A stretch of 62,804 nucleotides of DNA, counting the filler. It is 5 parts of 5 records of this genome, joined end to end, with 100 filler letters (N's around TTAATTAATTAA, not from the genome) between each part and the next. Parts side by side here need not be neighbours in the genome. Positions count along the whole stretch, not along the records: positions 10,583 to 23,013 come from SRR2962707_3810; positions 23,114 to 28,986 come from SRR2962707_3812; positions 29,087 to 52,347 come from SRR2962707_3831; 2 more parts are not named here. One strand, written 5' to 3'. The notes beneath the pieces were generated by a model. The model ran no database searches and was not told where the DNA came from. It saw only the letters and a program-made list of their open reading frames with translations. Of this stretch, positions 18,195-30,879 are shown in pieces. Every line of letters begins with the position of its first letter. Position 1 is the first letter of the stretch. Made by a program: the position numbers and the translations under genes.

Positions 18195-21100
18195 TCATTT
18201 GCGCGGAGGTTGTTTTCCTGATGGCTTTCCATCTGCGCCCTGTTGACAGTGGCAGTACAACAACAGGGAAACATATTTCAAAAACCAAGAGCAGGACATA
18301 AATAAATGGATTCGATGTCGTGAACAGCACAAATCAGCACCCTACACGTACGCACCGGCTTGGACAAGCGCTGCAACTTAACAGCAGGGTCGTCCGCGGC
18401 ACCAAGTCCGGTGTTCTCCTTGTTCTTCATTGCGCCATTATTGTCGCCGTCAGTTCGGCGCACCGTTCCTGTAACATGGCCCCCCGCCGCCGACGCTGCT
18501 CCATGAGCCGCATCGGCTTCAGCTTGGGCGGCTGACTGACGGGCAGCCTGCGCACGTGCACCCGAGTCGTCTCGCTGAGATTGCTGCGCCTGCGTGGCAA
18601 GCTGGGCGGTTGCCGCGGCGTTGGCGCGGTTTTCCATGCGGCACTGTGGAACAGGACAATTATTATTGCGGCAGTGCTTGCGGTGGAAAATGAAAACATC
18701 GTTGACAAACTTGCACCGTGCACAGCTTCGTTGTTTGTGCTGCCTGCAGTTTTTCATATGCTCAAACCACAAATGGCGCATGGACAAACACTGGGATCCA
18801 AACTTGGGGCATCGTGGGAGGCGGCAACTCATCACGTGCACGAGCAGCTCTGACTGTTTCTTGTACTGCCGGCGACGGCGCTGTTTGGAAGCCAGCGAAA
18901 TAAATGCATTCGGCGAAGGCTGACGACGCACGAGCGTGTGTCCTGGCTCGTGCGACGAGCCCTGTGTTCGGAAGCACTGCTCACAAAGATCGAACTCAGG
19001 ACACTGCTTGCATCCGTACCATGCACCTTCTAAAGTGACTTTGCACTCGTCGCAAAGTCGATTGGACGGAGGATTAAAGATGTGGTGAAGGAACATCATG
19101 GTTGAGTGCTTTGCGCGGCGAATCTGATCGAACTGGTAAGACTTTTGCTGGCAATGCAAAAGTAGCTCCTCGCGGTCGTTGAAGTAAGGGCTTGACAACT
19201 GCTCGTCGATGTCACGCGTGTCCTTGACACCGAGACGTGATTTTACAAATGTCATTCGTAGCTCGTGAACATGAGGCTTCCCGGCGGGGTGTTGCTGTTC
19301 GGTCGACAGCTGCTGGTGCGCCGTATAGCATTTCCCGCACAAGTGGAATTTGGGGTGCTTCGGCGGTTTATCCTTTTCCCTTTCACGACTGCGTTTGGAA
19401 GTTGAGCCACCCGGCGTTTGTGCAGCAGACCGCGGAGTCACGGCGGCGCTGCTGCCGTTACTCGAGCTTTGCTCTCCATTCTCACCGTCCTTGCTACCCT
19501 TCTTGGCCCCGTTGCCGTTGGGCGCACCTTCGGCAGCATCTTTCCGTTTTGAACTTGTGGCCTTGGATGTGCCGTAATGAAGGTCATTCAGGTAAGCCTT
19601 TGCTTTGGCGATGGCTTCCTCTTTCTCCTTTGTTTTCGCCTCAAGCTCGGCAGCCAACTTTGCGGAACCGCGCTTGAATGTGTGCTCAATCCAGCCTTGT
19701 TCATGCAGGTCATTGCATTCTTTACAGCTCCACTGCTCGCCATGTACAATGAAGTCTTTGCATTCAGAGCACCTTTCGTAAAAATCCAAAACAAGAAAAT
19801 TGTCTTTTGAGTCGTGGACCGTCGCGGCCAGTTTTTTCATCAAGGGGTCACGCGCCGAGCTGGACGTGGAGCCGACAAGAGGGGCATCAGATGAACGTGT
19901 AGCTCGCCGAGAGGACTTGCCCGTCGAAGAAGATGGAGTTGTTGCGGTGGATAAGGAGGTTGCATTGGCCTTGCCGCCACCGTTCCCGAGGGCCCCAGCG
20001 CTGCTGCTGGTACTTTTTTTGTTCGCCTTCATGAGGTCCTTCACGATAATCTCCGCGATCTGTGGCCAGTAGTCACCCAGAAAAAATGGGAGTTTACAAC
20101 AGTTTTCGTCCGTCTTCATGTGCGCATCGTACAAGGTCTGGCATGATGCTACCAATCTGCGGCGATGGCCTTCAATGACCATCATGCGATACCATGTTCG
20201 CAGTCGATCGTTGTTGGGCGTCTTTTGTGTCTTCGGATGACAGTAAAGGATGTAATCCTGCTCCGTGGTCTGCGGCGGGCATGACCAAATGTAGGCCCGC
20301 GTGAATCCTCGCATCTTAACCCAATCAAAATAGCTTAGCAACAACTCGTAGTAGAGCTTCGTCCGCAAGTACTCAGGGCGAAAGTACTTCACACTGTCAA
20401 GGTAGGCAATGTAGCAAGTCTTCTGGTTCGGAGCATGTGCAGTGTCTTCGTCGTACTCTTGCACATACCTGCGATGGCAACAGGCAATTTTAGTCAGCAA
20501 AGGAGGTACAACGGTGAGCAGCAGTTGTGTGCAGCCATATCAAGAATCCATGCGCGAGTCAATGTTTGATTCGGCTTCAAAACTGACATGGCGAAGAAGC
20601 ACACATCCACGCGATCGATTTCCTGAAATAGCAAGATGGCCTTTGTGCGGCCCTTGAAGTCCAGTGTGTAATTGTGCTGCGTCCGCATCCATTCAAGCAG
20701 AAGTGGATTCTTCTTCATGGCAGGAGTATCAGGCGAGTAATCCCGCTCAACATTCGACACACAGCGAACGTAAACATCTTCAAACGCGCGCGAGTCCAGG
20801 TTTTTCGGATCGTGCCCAAGGGCTTCCTTTTCAATCAACCACAAATTTTTGTGACGAGTCATGAAGGTCGAGATGCGGGTCTGTATGTATGTGGTCATTT
20901 TGGTGATTGGTAGATCTTTAGCCCCGCGGTAAGATAAATTCTGGATCGGACCTTCCGATCCCATCTGCACCCGTTCCTGATATAGGCACTGTGGACAAGT
21001 GTAATGAACGTTGCTATTGTCTTCGATGGCAGGCGGCTTCAACCCCGCCTGTGCAGCAGCTTGTGCTGCCTGTACGGCCGCTTGTGCAGCAGCTTTCTTG

Positions 21101-23013
21101 CCGCGTGCCGTGGTGGCACCCTTTCGTTTTTTGCCCGCCGTGGCAGCCTTTTTCGACTTGCGTCCTCCTTTGCCCTTGCCCTTGCCCTTGCCTTTTCCGT
21201 CACGAGCGGTTGCGTTTGTTCGTATTCCAGCTGCATTGGCTGAAACACCTGCGGCAGCAGCGTTCGCTGCAGCCTTCGCCGCAGCTGCAGCCTTTTCTTT
21301 TTCAACGCCAGTCGGGTTGAACAGACCGCATATGTGGTGATACCAACGACGGCATTTCTCGCACTCAATCCAGCCCTCTTCGGGCGTGTGGGTGTGCCTG
21401 TGCTGCACGAGGGAGTCTTTGACTGATTTGTCCTTGATTTTGGAGTAGCATGTCGTACAATAAGGGCGCGAGTCCCCCAATCGGGACGAATAATACGTGG
21501 CGTTGCGGGGAATTTTCTTGATGCACACCGTGCAGTAAAAGATGGGGGGTTGGAGCAGAACCGTCCCACCACCGCAAAGTGCGCAGTGAACGTAGTTGCC
21601 GTCGGGCCCCTTGAGGTTGCGGTTCTTTGCCTCAGCCATGTACATGTGATCAAGCAGCCCTGTGTACTCCTCTTCAAAGTCGGCCATCATTTTGGTGGCC
21701 AAGCCGTGAATCATTTGACCAGGCTTGGCGAACTTAATCGCGTTTTGGAACACCAGGCAAACATCATCGTGTAGTCGCTGCGGACGTTGCCAGGTGTAGC
21801 GACCGTTGGCAAGGCGTTTTTGAATGGTGCCCAGGTCCATAGGACGTTCGACCACTTCCTTGTACTCTGGGATGCGCCATTCCGCAGGGTCGACTGGCTT
21901 GGCAAAGACGAAGCCGAACTCGTGATCGCACATTTTCTTCAACAGGGGCAGAAAGTACATTTGAAGAGTCTTTGCAAGTGTTGCCACACAGAACGCCCGC
22001 CCACCACCGCCGCCAGACACGCCAAGAACATACCGGCAGGGCATTAGTAAAGTAAGTTTTGCTGGCCCTCGCGCGCAAGCATGCAAGAATAGCAGCAGCA
22101 CGTACCTCGGTGGTGTAAAAGGCATTGAACTCGCTGCGAATGCGTGTAAAGTGCATGCGAAGCTGGGTCTGCGTGAAAACGCTGACCAAATCACTAACGT
22201 ATTGCTTCTGGTGCGACTGATGGAAAAGTGGCCAATGCAGTCACACACATGTCGGAAGACAGACCAGGGCACGTCGCACGCCAAGTCAGCACAGGCGAAC
22301 GGAAAACAGCTGCATCGTGCCTCAACACCTTTACACAAACACGGATGCGCCCGCGGTTGAAACAAAAGTTGTGTCTGACCCGCTTACCTGTGACGAAGAT
22401 GCTCCTGATGATGCCGGTCCTTTGATGAGTTTCAGCGTCAACGAGCAGGTGGGACATTGCCGTTGGTTCGGGCACGTCCGAAAATGGTGCCACACTTGTT
22501 TGGTTGTGTGGCAGTGCTTCTCCTTACAACTGGATCCATTCTTGCATTGCTTGACATGCTTGATAAGTTTTTTGAACAGTGGGCACCACTTGTACGAGCA
22601 GGCTTTTCCGGAGTAGCGGCATGAATTGGCATGCATAATGAAAGCCAAGCGATTAGCGCGTCGCCGAACTTCCTCCGATGTCTTTTGTGCCGCTTCCGCT
22701 TGAGCAAGCTTGGCCTTCTCAAGGGCAAGTTTTCTCTCCCGTGCAACACGCTTTAGATTGGCCACGCGCATGGCCTCTTCGCTAGCCTCAGTGGCAGCAG
22801 ATTTCTTCTTCGTCTTTTTCTTTGCTTTTCCTCCCACAGCAGGCGCTCCAGCGGATGGATCGGCACTTGATTGTATTTGCGTTGATGTGTTCCCGGACAG
22901 CAATTCGTTGAGGTGGCTCATGTTCATGGGACCCGAACCACCCCACGACGCTGTGCGCCCTATCTGGGGTTGCCCTTGCAGCGATTGTTGTTGTTGTTGT
23001 TGCTGCTGCTGCT
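18195..23013 (-). CDS. p300/CBP-type (KAT11-domain) histone acetyltransferase, 5-prime truncated: TAZ-Bromo-PHD-HAT-ZZ-ZZ-TAZ
   Basis: Exons >23013-22388, 22216-22106, 21969-20588, 20468-18356 and probably 18239-18195. Motifs: TAZ HANSC..., bromodomain FAKPVDP...PMDLGTI, PHD WIECEKCRRWYHHIC, HAT FFAM/YVQEY, YLDS, IWSCPP, LRTWY, GDYWP, RRAKHST. Confidence 0.92.
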
Positions 23014-23113
23014 NNNNNNNNNNNNNNNNNNNNNNNNNNNNNNNNNNNNNNNNNNNNTTAATTAATTAANNNNNNNNNNNNNNNNNNNNNNNNNNNNNNN
23101 NNNNNNNNNNNNN
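23014..23113. other. Assembly spacer with TTAATTAATTAA
   Basis: Linker at 23058-23069; flanked by (TTG/CTG)n and (GTGC)n microsatellites. Confidence 0.99.
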
Positions 23114-23177
23114 GTGCGTGCGTGCGTGCGTGCGTGTGCGTGTATGTGTGTGCATGTGGTTGGTTCTTCTTGTCCAG

Positions 23178-26100
23178 CGCACGACCAAAGATATCTTTAC
23201 AGCGATTGATAAAAACGGAGACGGCCGAATCGATGTTCGTGGCATGGCTTCGCCTTGTGTTGCCCCATGTGAATCCTTTCGTGCATGGTTTTGGGAATGT
23301 CCTGCACGCTACAGACAGGCAGTTGTTTCTGCGCTGCTGTTCTGATCCATCGATGGTGATGGTTGATTTGCAGTTGTCGGAGCTCTTTGCGGGGTTGTCG
23401 ACTTTTCCTCACGTTGCCCAACACATCTATCATTGGATCGAAGCCCGCTCTCCAAAGGCACGAAAACGTCGGCTGCAGGATGGTGGCTCCGCCAAGTAGG
23501 TTGGCTCTGCTGTGCGGTCAGCACCGTGAGCCATGATTGGTTGTCGATGTGGTTGCCATCTTAGTGCGCTTGTCTTTACCGCTGTTGGGGGCATACATCT
23601 TGCTCTACTCTTGAATGTTCATGAATGCGCATCACTCTATTTGCGTGCATCTGTTTTGCGTTGCTGCCCTGGCCCTTGCTTCTGCTATACCAGAGGTGCA
23701 GTGAGCGAGTTGTCTGGCTTTGCGCGTCACATTTCAGCCATTGTGGACGGAAGCACTGTCTCCATCTCTGAGTTCGAGCTCGAGCAACTCATTGCAGTTG
23801 TCGACGACGACAACTCAGGCACCTTAGATTTCGAGGAGTTGGCTGAGATGTTCGACCACATCGAGGTAGCTGATCCTCACGTACGTTCTGCGGTCCATTG
23901 AAAGCAAAGCTGTGTGATATTCTCGTTTTGACACGTGTGGATCGAATGATTGTCAAACAGGGTGTAGCAAAGGCTGTAGTGTCTGCTATGGATGCTCAAG
24001 AGGACAATGAGATCGATGTTTGTGTCTGCTTTTTTGAATTCCACCTGTTTGCCGATTCCAGCCGACTGATTGCGATTGCACGGTGCTGAGACCGGAATTG
24101 GTTTGCGGTTGTGTTGGAACAGATTGGTGAGCTTTTCGAAACGCTTGTTGCGTTTCCAAAAGTAATCCAGGCTATATCAGACGCACAGCTCTTGTTCGAG
24201 GCAGATTCGGATGACGACGATGGGCTAGATTCTAGCGACGGCTCAGATATGTCCTCGCACCTTTCGAACAGCCCTAGTGCTTCGCGCTTGGTGTCACCTC
24301 GAACTTTGGAAGACATTTCCAATGGCGAACCTTTTGAGAGCAAAAGTGTTGGGGGTGGCAAGGGTCGCACGCATCAAGCGAAGGGATACCAACCTGGCAA
24401 AGGCAGTGATGACCACGCTGTGAGCTTTTTTGACGCACAGGCTCGAATTTCGCCACCACCGCAACTGTTGCAGTTCACGCGCAATCCGAAGCTTGCTCAA
24501 GTGGAGAGCAAGTGTGTCGGACTTCGCCCAGCGCAGGTTTGGACGCAGTGTGTTTGAGGGCTTTCGTAGTTTGCCAATAGCATTTCAGCTCCCAACGTGT
24601 TGATGGCCAGGAACATTGCTCGTGAGTAAAGTTCGTGTTCTCTCATTCGCGTCTTGCAGAACACGTCGCGGGCGTGGAAAGGACTAAATGCCTCTCGGCG
24701 AAAGCACAGTGCTATGAAAGCATCCATCTCAAATCCGTACTTTCCGTCCGGGAACTCTCGAAGTCCCTACGATCCTAAGTGCATCCGTCCTGTATCTGCA
24801 ACAACGACATTCAAGTCATCAGCAGCTATTGACAATGCACTGTGCGTTTGTGCCATGGGTACTGTGTGCAAGACAGATTTGGAACACCCTTAGTGCACCT
24901 CCCGTTTGTGCGAGCTCATGCCTGGCAGAAGATCGTGGTTTGTTGTGGGTTGTTGCGGTGACGTTTTGCGTTCGAATGTGCAATGGCAGGAGGAACAGTC
25001 GAAGGCGTATTCAAACGTTCCGGTTCTCAACATTGGATCGATTTGCGAAAACAAAACCTGCTTCCAAGACTGAAGTTAATCTTCCACCGAACTTTCTTGC
25101 GAAAGGCTCCAATCCAAGCAAGATTCGCGGCGCCGATTGGAGCTCCTACAAAACTGGTCCGTGCATTGCAGTCCGCGGCGTGTCGATGTGTGATGGTGTT
25201 TGCCACGTGTGGACTGCTGGGTTTCGTTGTACCTGACGTTTATGATGACTGCAATTTAACGGTCGACAGGGAGGCAAGATCCTTCAATATGGGCATCTCG
25301 TTTTGACGTTGCTGCAACGTTCGTGTGCATTGCTTTTTATTCATTCATCATTGCTGTCGTGTGCCGCATGCGTTGCAATGTCTAATGGTACCAAGCTGTT
25401 CTTTGTAGTTTTGTTGAGACAGCGATCAAAGAAGGCCTAGCGAGCACTGGAGTTGGAGAAATACCAAAGTACGCAAAATTGTATCATTTTTTTTATCTTG
25501 GATGTCAAATATGCGTGTCGATTGCCTGTTCATGGATGCCAGCAATTTTACAAGGCACCTCATTGTAACCCGTTGTTTTGTGAACTAGGCGACCGTCGAC
25601 GGCGTCGGCACGATTCCCGACTCACACGCGTGAGAAAGGGTTCAAAGATCCTCAGCACTTTTGCTATGACTTTGTTGTGCGTGGCAATGCGGATGGCCCC
25701 AATTACAACCTTTCGAAGATTCAGGATCCACTCAAAAAACCGTCTTCGAATTTTGGTGCCAGCCAAGGTCCGTACTTTTCGCACGCTTTTTAGAAAAGGG
25801 CGAACTGGCTACATTGCCCCGTGCTTATGCTCATTGTTGTATATGCCTATGTGCCCTTGTGCCGTGCCGTGCCGTTGCAGCTCCACGAATTATTTTTGGG
25901 CATGATCAACGGGCCAGCCACGTCAGCCCAGGTGGCGACTCCCCAGGTATAGTCCCGAAAGTTGCTTGGTTTTTGGGGCGGTGACTGCGCTTACTGTGCG
26001 TCGCAGTTAATAGCGATAATTGAAACCGATTTGTTTAGGGCCTCATAACATGCCGATCAACATTCCGGATGGAGCCGACTCAAAGAAGTTCTCCCCTGTG

Positions 26101-26718
26101 AATATTTCGCTTGTCAACAAGCCGACGTTCGTGACCGTTTTTTGTAGCTTGCTGAATGTAGCGTTGCCGTACGTTGCCGGCATACCCAACTCACGATCTT
26201 GAGGCGCTCAACGCCATTGGCTTGATGCATTGTCCAGGTCCCCAAAGTTTTCGTTCGCTCAGGAGGCATATACACCTAACTTTGATGGTTGTGGGAAATT
26301 TCCCAAGGCAAAATCCGGAAACCCGTTGTTCATGTCGGCCAGATTCAATTGTATGTACGACTGTTCGCCGGTCGACCCAATCACTTCAGCATGCGATGCT
26401 TTTGCGAATTGCATTCCGCAACCACTTTTTCATTGTTTCTTGCGTTCCTGCGTTCTTGTTCCCACCCATATCTGTGATATACTTCACTGCTGTAGACAAA
26501 GCCGCTCGAAGCCAAGCCCGGCCTCGAAGTGCCCGACCTCGAGTTCCTTCCAGAGCCGACCCTCGCGCCAAGGAATGAGGTGTAGCGAACGTACCGATAT
26601 TTTCGTCGTGGATTCGATTTCGTTTCTATTTTATTTTAATTTATTCTCGTCCAATACAGTGAAACAGATGCGCGTTCCAACCGAAGGCCTTGCCGGACAG
26701 AACGCACAGTTCTCATGA
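23178..26718 (+). CDS. Eukaryotic multi-exon gene, 5-prime truncated: two EF-hands, a shared uncharacterised domain and PGP (SHIPPO-like) motifs
   Basis: EF loops DKNGDGRID and DDDNSGTLDFEE; exons 25270-25318, 25409-25468 and 25589-25767 splice in frame; SPGPH motif; 3-prime exons and stop uncertain. Confidence 0.65.
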
Positions 26719-26720
26719 CA

Positions 26721-28986
26721 TTAGACCGAGTTGCCGCCAAATCGCGCTGGCACACTTGCTGTCGCCCACTGCTTTCCCTTGCACCGATGTTGCCTCGCAG
26801 CCTGCTTTGCATGTTGCGTGGCCATATCTTCAGCAGGTGTCGGATGGTGATGAAAAACAAGTCCCCCACATTTCACGTCGGGTAGCATGGAGTCGTGGCT
26901 GTGCTGGTCGTTACCGTGGCCGCTTGTTCGCCCCCTACTGCGATGAGTCGTATCGTGCTCATTTCGTCGCTGGATATGGTCGTGACTGTTTGTCGTAGCA
27001 AAACGAGAATTGCATTTTTTGCTTTTGTGCTCAGGAGATGCTGCCTGAAACAGCGCTCGACCTTTGTCAGCTTGCTGCCTCTCGTAGGTTTTCAATTCGA
27101 GCTCGCGATGTGGATGGGCATAGATGTTGTGGCCGTCGATATCGACGTGGTCCTCATCCATCTCCGCGCCCAAGTGTCCACCAACCACTATATCATTGTG
27201 AAACATGTGATTGGGATCGCTCCCAGCCTACCCCAAATATTCATTGCCGTAAAATCAGCGTGTCAACATGAAAAGCAAACTGCTTTTCGATGTGAGGTGC
27301 GAAATGCTAACCACTACACAAGGTAAAGAAATCGGAAAAGTACGCACGTGGTAGCGCGTGTGCTTGCCAAATCTGGCACCGTGGTTGACAGCCTCCGGCC
27401 TGTTGCACAACAGACAAATATATGTATTGGTCATGAGTTTTGAAAGAACATGTTCCTTTGGATGGTAGGTTGATTCCAAGAACATTGGTGAACGTACGTC
27501 GGAACGCAACCAAGATTACAATGCGCTAAAATCTCTTTTGTGCTACCGGGGACGTATCTCCTACGCAAACATGTACGCAGACACTTCCATAAGCAAAAAC
27601 CCTTCTCATGCGCAACGATTACCAAGCCTGATTCAGCGACGGTTTCGGGCATGGCATCACGGACTCTGCGTGTCCGGGGAAGTGTGCGTCCCACGCGATT
27701 GGGTCTGTTCGATCTGTAATCGTGTACAATGCGTGAATCAGAATTTCAATGCATTGGTGTTGTTGGTGGAAGGAGACACATCTTTGCACGGTGGTTGTAG
27801 TTCCGTCTATAACACGAGTGTGATCGCACAAGGTAGCAAACAGTGGGAAGGCAGAGTTGATCGAAGTCACGAACGGCTATGATCTTTGGCCCAATTGGCA
27901 CCATGGGCATGCTCTAGGTGAGTCGTGTCGAAGTCCGATGGCAGCGTGGGATCCAATTGACTGGCCTGGTGATGGCAACAAGAATTCAATGCTGAAGAAA
28001 AGAATTAAGTGCAAACTTTGGCATACAATCATTCAGCCGTGCTCTTCCTCTTTCACCTACCTCACGTGGCTTTTCAAAGCGCTGCGAATGGCTAAAACTG
28101 TGTTTCTCTACACGTCGCGGCGGCTCTACGACCGCCGGCTTAATCATTTCTGTACGCGTTGTCTCCCACATCTGAGGATGGAGCTAAATTCCATTGCATG
28201 ACACACAAACAACAACATGTGCCCGCTTCAAAGAACGCATTCACAAACGCATCCCAAATAGAAAACACATCAACTGCGGCGAAAAAGAACAGAAGTTCTC
28301 AATCAAAAGCACACCAATTTCGGGTCAAATGGGCTTCGTGAATGACCGGGAAACATGGCGTGTCCACCCAGTGGGGCAATTGCCTCGCGATTGTGCTGCC
28401 ATGCGCTCGAGGGGTCCCAGGAAAGCGACTTTACATGACGGGGACGGTGGTGGTGGTGCTTCTTGGAACCCTTTCTTGTTTCACTGCCATGCACACTATC
28501 GCCCCCGTCCTCGTCTTTAGTACCACCACCACCATCGTCGTCGTCGTCGTCTGAGTCTGTGAGTCCGAGTGTCGATCGCTCAAGTCGCATCAGCGACTTA
28601 TTCTTGGAGGTAAAGTCTGCAAATGCCGGCGGCTTTGGCATGGACGACAGCACACTTCGAAACTGCTGTCGTCCGTGAGCAGCCGTTGCAGAATTCCGCG
28701 CAGAAGCGCTTCGATCAGCCTCGTTGTTGTTTTTGTCAACACTGTCCCGACTGCCGCGGCGGCTGCTGCGGGTGGCATCAGCGTTTCGTCCTCCGCTCGC
28801 CTGGATCGACGTAAGCTGCTTGCTAGTTTCCGTCGCAGGTTGCGATTGGGATTGAGATCGGGAGTGAGCAACCGATTGAGAGCGACGAGAGTGGGGCATA
28901 TGGTCGGCCATGTCTTGGTAAAGTTGGTACGCTGCAAACGCTGCTTGCGTAGGAGGAGGATGTTGCTGCTGCTGCTGCTGCTGCTG
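26721..28986 (-). CDS. Eukaryotic gene of at least 7 exons, 5-prime truncated; paralog of the convergent EF-hand gene
   Basis: Exons >28986-28315, 28171-28061, 27965-27875, 27713-27665, 27560-27498, 27399-27348 and 27227-26721; all GT-AG and phase-consistent; polyQ at the contig end. Confidence 0.75.
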
Positions 28987-29086
28987 NNNNNNNNNNNNNN
29001 NNNNNNNNNNNNNNNNNNNNNNNNNNNNNNTTAATTAATTAANNNNNNNNNNNNNNNNNNNNNNNNNNNNNNNNNNNNNNNNNNNN
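28987..29086. other. Assembly spacer with TTAATTAATTAA
   Basis: Linker at 29031-29042. Confidence 0.99.
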
Positions 29087-29087
29087 C

Positions 29088-29108
29088 GGCATGGGCGGCA
29101 TGATGTAA
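29088..29108 (+). CDS. groEL: 3-prime end of chaperonin GroEL (fragment)
   Basis: GMGGMM-stop tail followed by an intrinsic terminator. Confidence 0.8.
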   Translation, partial: GMGGMM

Positions 29109-29133
29109 ATCACGCCATCCTTTCGGATGATTT

Positions 29134-29160
29134 GGGGTCGCCTTCGGGCGGCCCCTTTTT
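29134..29160 (+). terminator. Rho-independent terminator
   Basis: GGGGTCGCC-TTCG-GGCGGCCCC-TTTTT. Confidence 0.9.
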
Positions 29161-29236
29161 GTTTCTGCGGCCGACTGGTGCACTCTGGAACGAACAGACC
29201 TTTTCGCCGCAGGAAAAGCCGCGTATCGGTAGCGCC

Positions 29237-30088
29237 ATGAGATTATTCCTTCTGACCTCCCTGACCATGCTGGCCTTTGCCGCGAATTCCGTTCTGAACC
29301 GGCTGGCGCTGGTCGGAGGAGGAATCGATGCCGTTACGTTTGGCACAGTGCGATTGTTGGCTGGGGCCGTGATGCTGGCGGCTATCGCGGTCGCCTTGCG
29401 AAAGGGGCTGCGGCTTGGCGGCCGGGGGCGACTTGTCTCTGTCTTGTCGCTGGTGGTGTACATCTACGCGTTTTCAAGCGCTTACCTGGTACTGGACACC
29501 GGCATTGGTGCGCTGATCCTGTTCGGGGTCGTCCAGATGACGATGTTTGCAGGCGCCGTCCTTGGCCGGGAAAAAATGTCGATGCAGCGTATCATCGGCG
29601 CGGTCCTTGCCTTTTTTGGGCTGGCCTGGTTGCTCTGGCCCGGTACTGGTATCGACGTCAGCCTATTCCACGCCGCGCTGATGGCGGCGGCAGGCATCGG
29701 CTGGGGTCTTTATTCGCTGGCCGGGCGCGGGTCGGGTGATCCGCTGGTCTCTACGGCGGCCAACTTTATCCTTGCCGTGCCGATTGGTGTGGCGCTCAGT
29801 TCGGTGATGTCGATGGGTCCGTCACCCGTCCAGGCGGATGGCCAGGGCTTGATCCTCGCTGTATTGTCCGGTGCTGGAACCTCGGCTCTTGGCTATCTGC
29901 TGTGGTACGGTGTTCTGCCTCAACTTGATCGAACAGTGGCCGCCGTGGCGCAGTTGACCGTCCCGGTGATCGCACTTGTCGGCGGGCTTCTCTTTCTGGG
30001 AGAGGTGCCGTCGCTAAGCTTTGCTCTGGCCGCGGCGGTTGTGCTGGGTGGTGTCGCCCTGTCGGTGGTGCCCCTGCAGAAGCGTTGA
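29237..30088 (+). CDS. DMT/EamA-family transporter
   Basis: [15 protein letters not shown]; about 10 hydrophobic segments in two halves. Confidence 0.88.
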   Translation: MRLFLLTSLTMLAFAANSVLNRLALVGGGIDAVTFGTVRLLAGAVMLAAIAVALRKGLRLGGRGRLVSVLSLVVYIYAFSSAYLVLDTGIGALILFGVVQMTMFAGAVLGREKMSMQRIIGAVLAFFGLAWLLWPGTGIDVSLFHAALMAAAGIGWGLYSLAGRGSGDPLVSTAANFILAVPIGVALSSVMSMGPSPVQADGQGLILAVLSGAGTSALGYLLWYGVLPQLDRTVAAVAQLTVPVIALVGGLLFLGEVPSLSFALAAAVVLGGVALSVVPLQKR

Positions 30089-30099
30089 TCCCGACCGCC

Positions 30100-30879
30100 A
30101 TGCGTTTGATGCTCCTTCTTTTCTTTGGCCTGATGGTTGCCACATCGTTTTCGGGCCCTGTACGGGCCGCGCCGGGGGACTGCGTCGTGATGTTGCACGG
30201 GCTGGCGCGGACCGAATATTCTTTTGCTCTGATGTCCCGAGTGCTGACGGTGCGTGGATACAAGACGGTGGTGCCTGGATACGATTCGACCTCGGCCCGT
30301 ATTCAGACACTTGTCGATGAAACGCTACCACAGGCCGTGGTGCAGTGTGGCGACAGGCCTGTGCATTTTGTTACCCATTCCATGGGCGGTATCCTTTTAC
30401 GGGTTTGGCTGCGTGACCATCGCCCGGCGCAGATGGGGCGGGTCGTCATGCTCGCGCCACCCAATCACGGCAGTGAATTGGTGGACGAACTGGGCGGTCT
30501 GGAACTGTTCGCTTGGTTGAACGGCCCGGCAGGGCAACAACTGGGCACCGGGCCCGAAGATTTGCCCGCCCAGCTACCCTCTGTAGATTTTGAATTGGGT
30601 GTGGTCTCTGGTACGCGCTCGCTCAACCCGCTGTTTTCCGAACTGATACCGGGTCGGGATGATGGTAAGGTATCGGTCGCATCGACCGAAGTCGCGGGCA
30701 TGAAGGCACAGATCATCCTGCCAGTCACCCATACTTTTATCATGCAGGCGCCCAGCGTGATGGCGCAGGTGCTGGTGTTTCTTGAAACAGGCAAGTTCGA
30801 TCCGGAATTGGACTGGACCAAGGTGTTTTCAGCACGCGAACTGGCGTGCCTTGTTGGGATATGCCGCGATGACAATTGA
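30100..30879 (+). CDS. Exported alpha/beta-fold hydrolase
   Basis: Signal peptide, [29 protein letters not shown]. Confidence 0.85.
   Translation: MRLMLLLFFGLMVATSFSGPVRAAPGDCVVMLHGLARTEYSFALMSRVLTVRGYKTVVPGYDSTSARIQTLVDETLPQAVVQCGDRPVHFVTHSMGGILLRVWLRDHRPAQMGRVVMLAPPNHGSELVDELGGLELFAWLNGPAGQQLGTGPEDLPAQLPSVDFELGVVSGTRSLNPLFSELIPGRDDGKVSVASTEVAGMKAQIILPVTHTFIMQAPSVMAQVLVFLETGKFDPELDWTKVFSARELACLVGICRDDN

Noticed and set aside
10483-29086. Bacteria-to-eukaryote HGT or an integrated eukaryotic island
   Set aside because: Every junction is an artificial N/TTAATTAATTAA spacer
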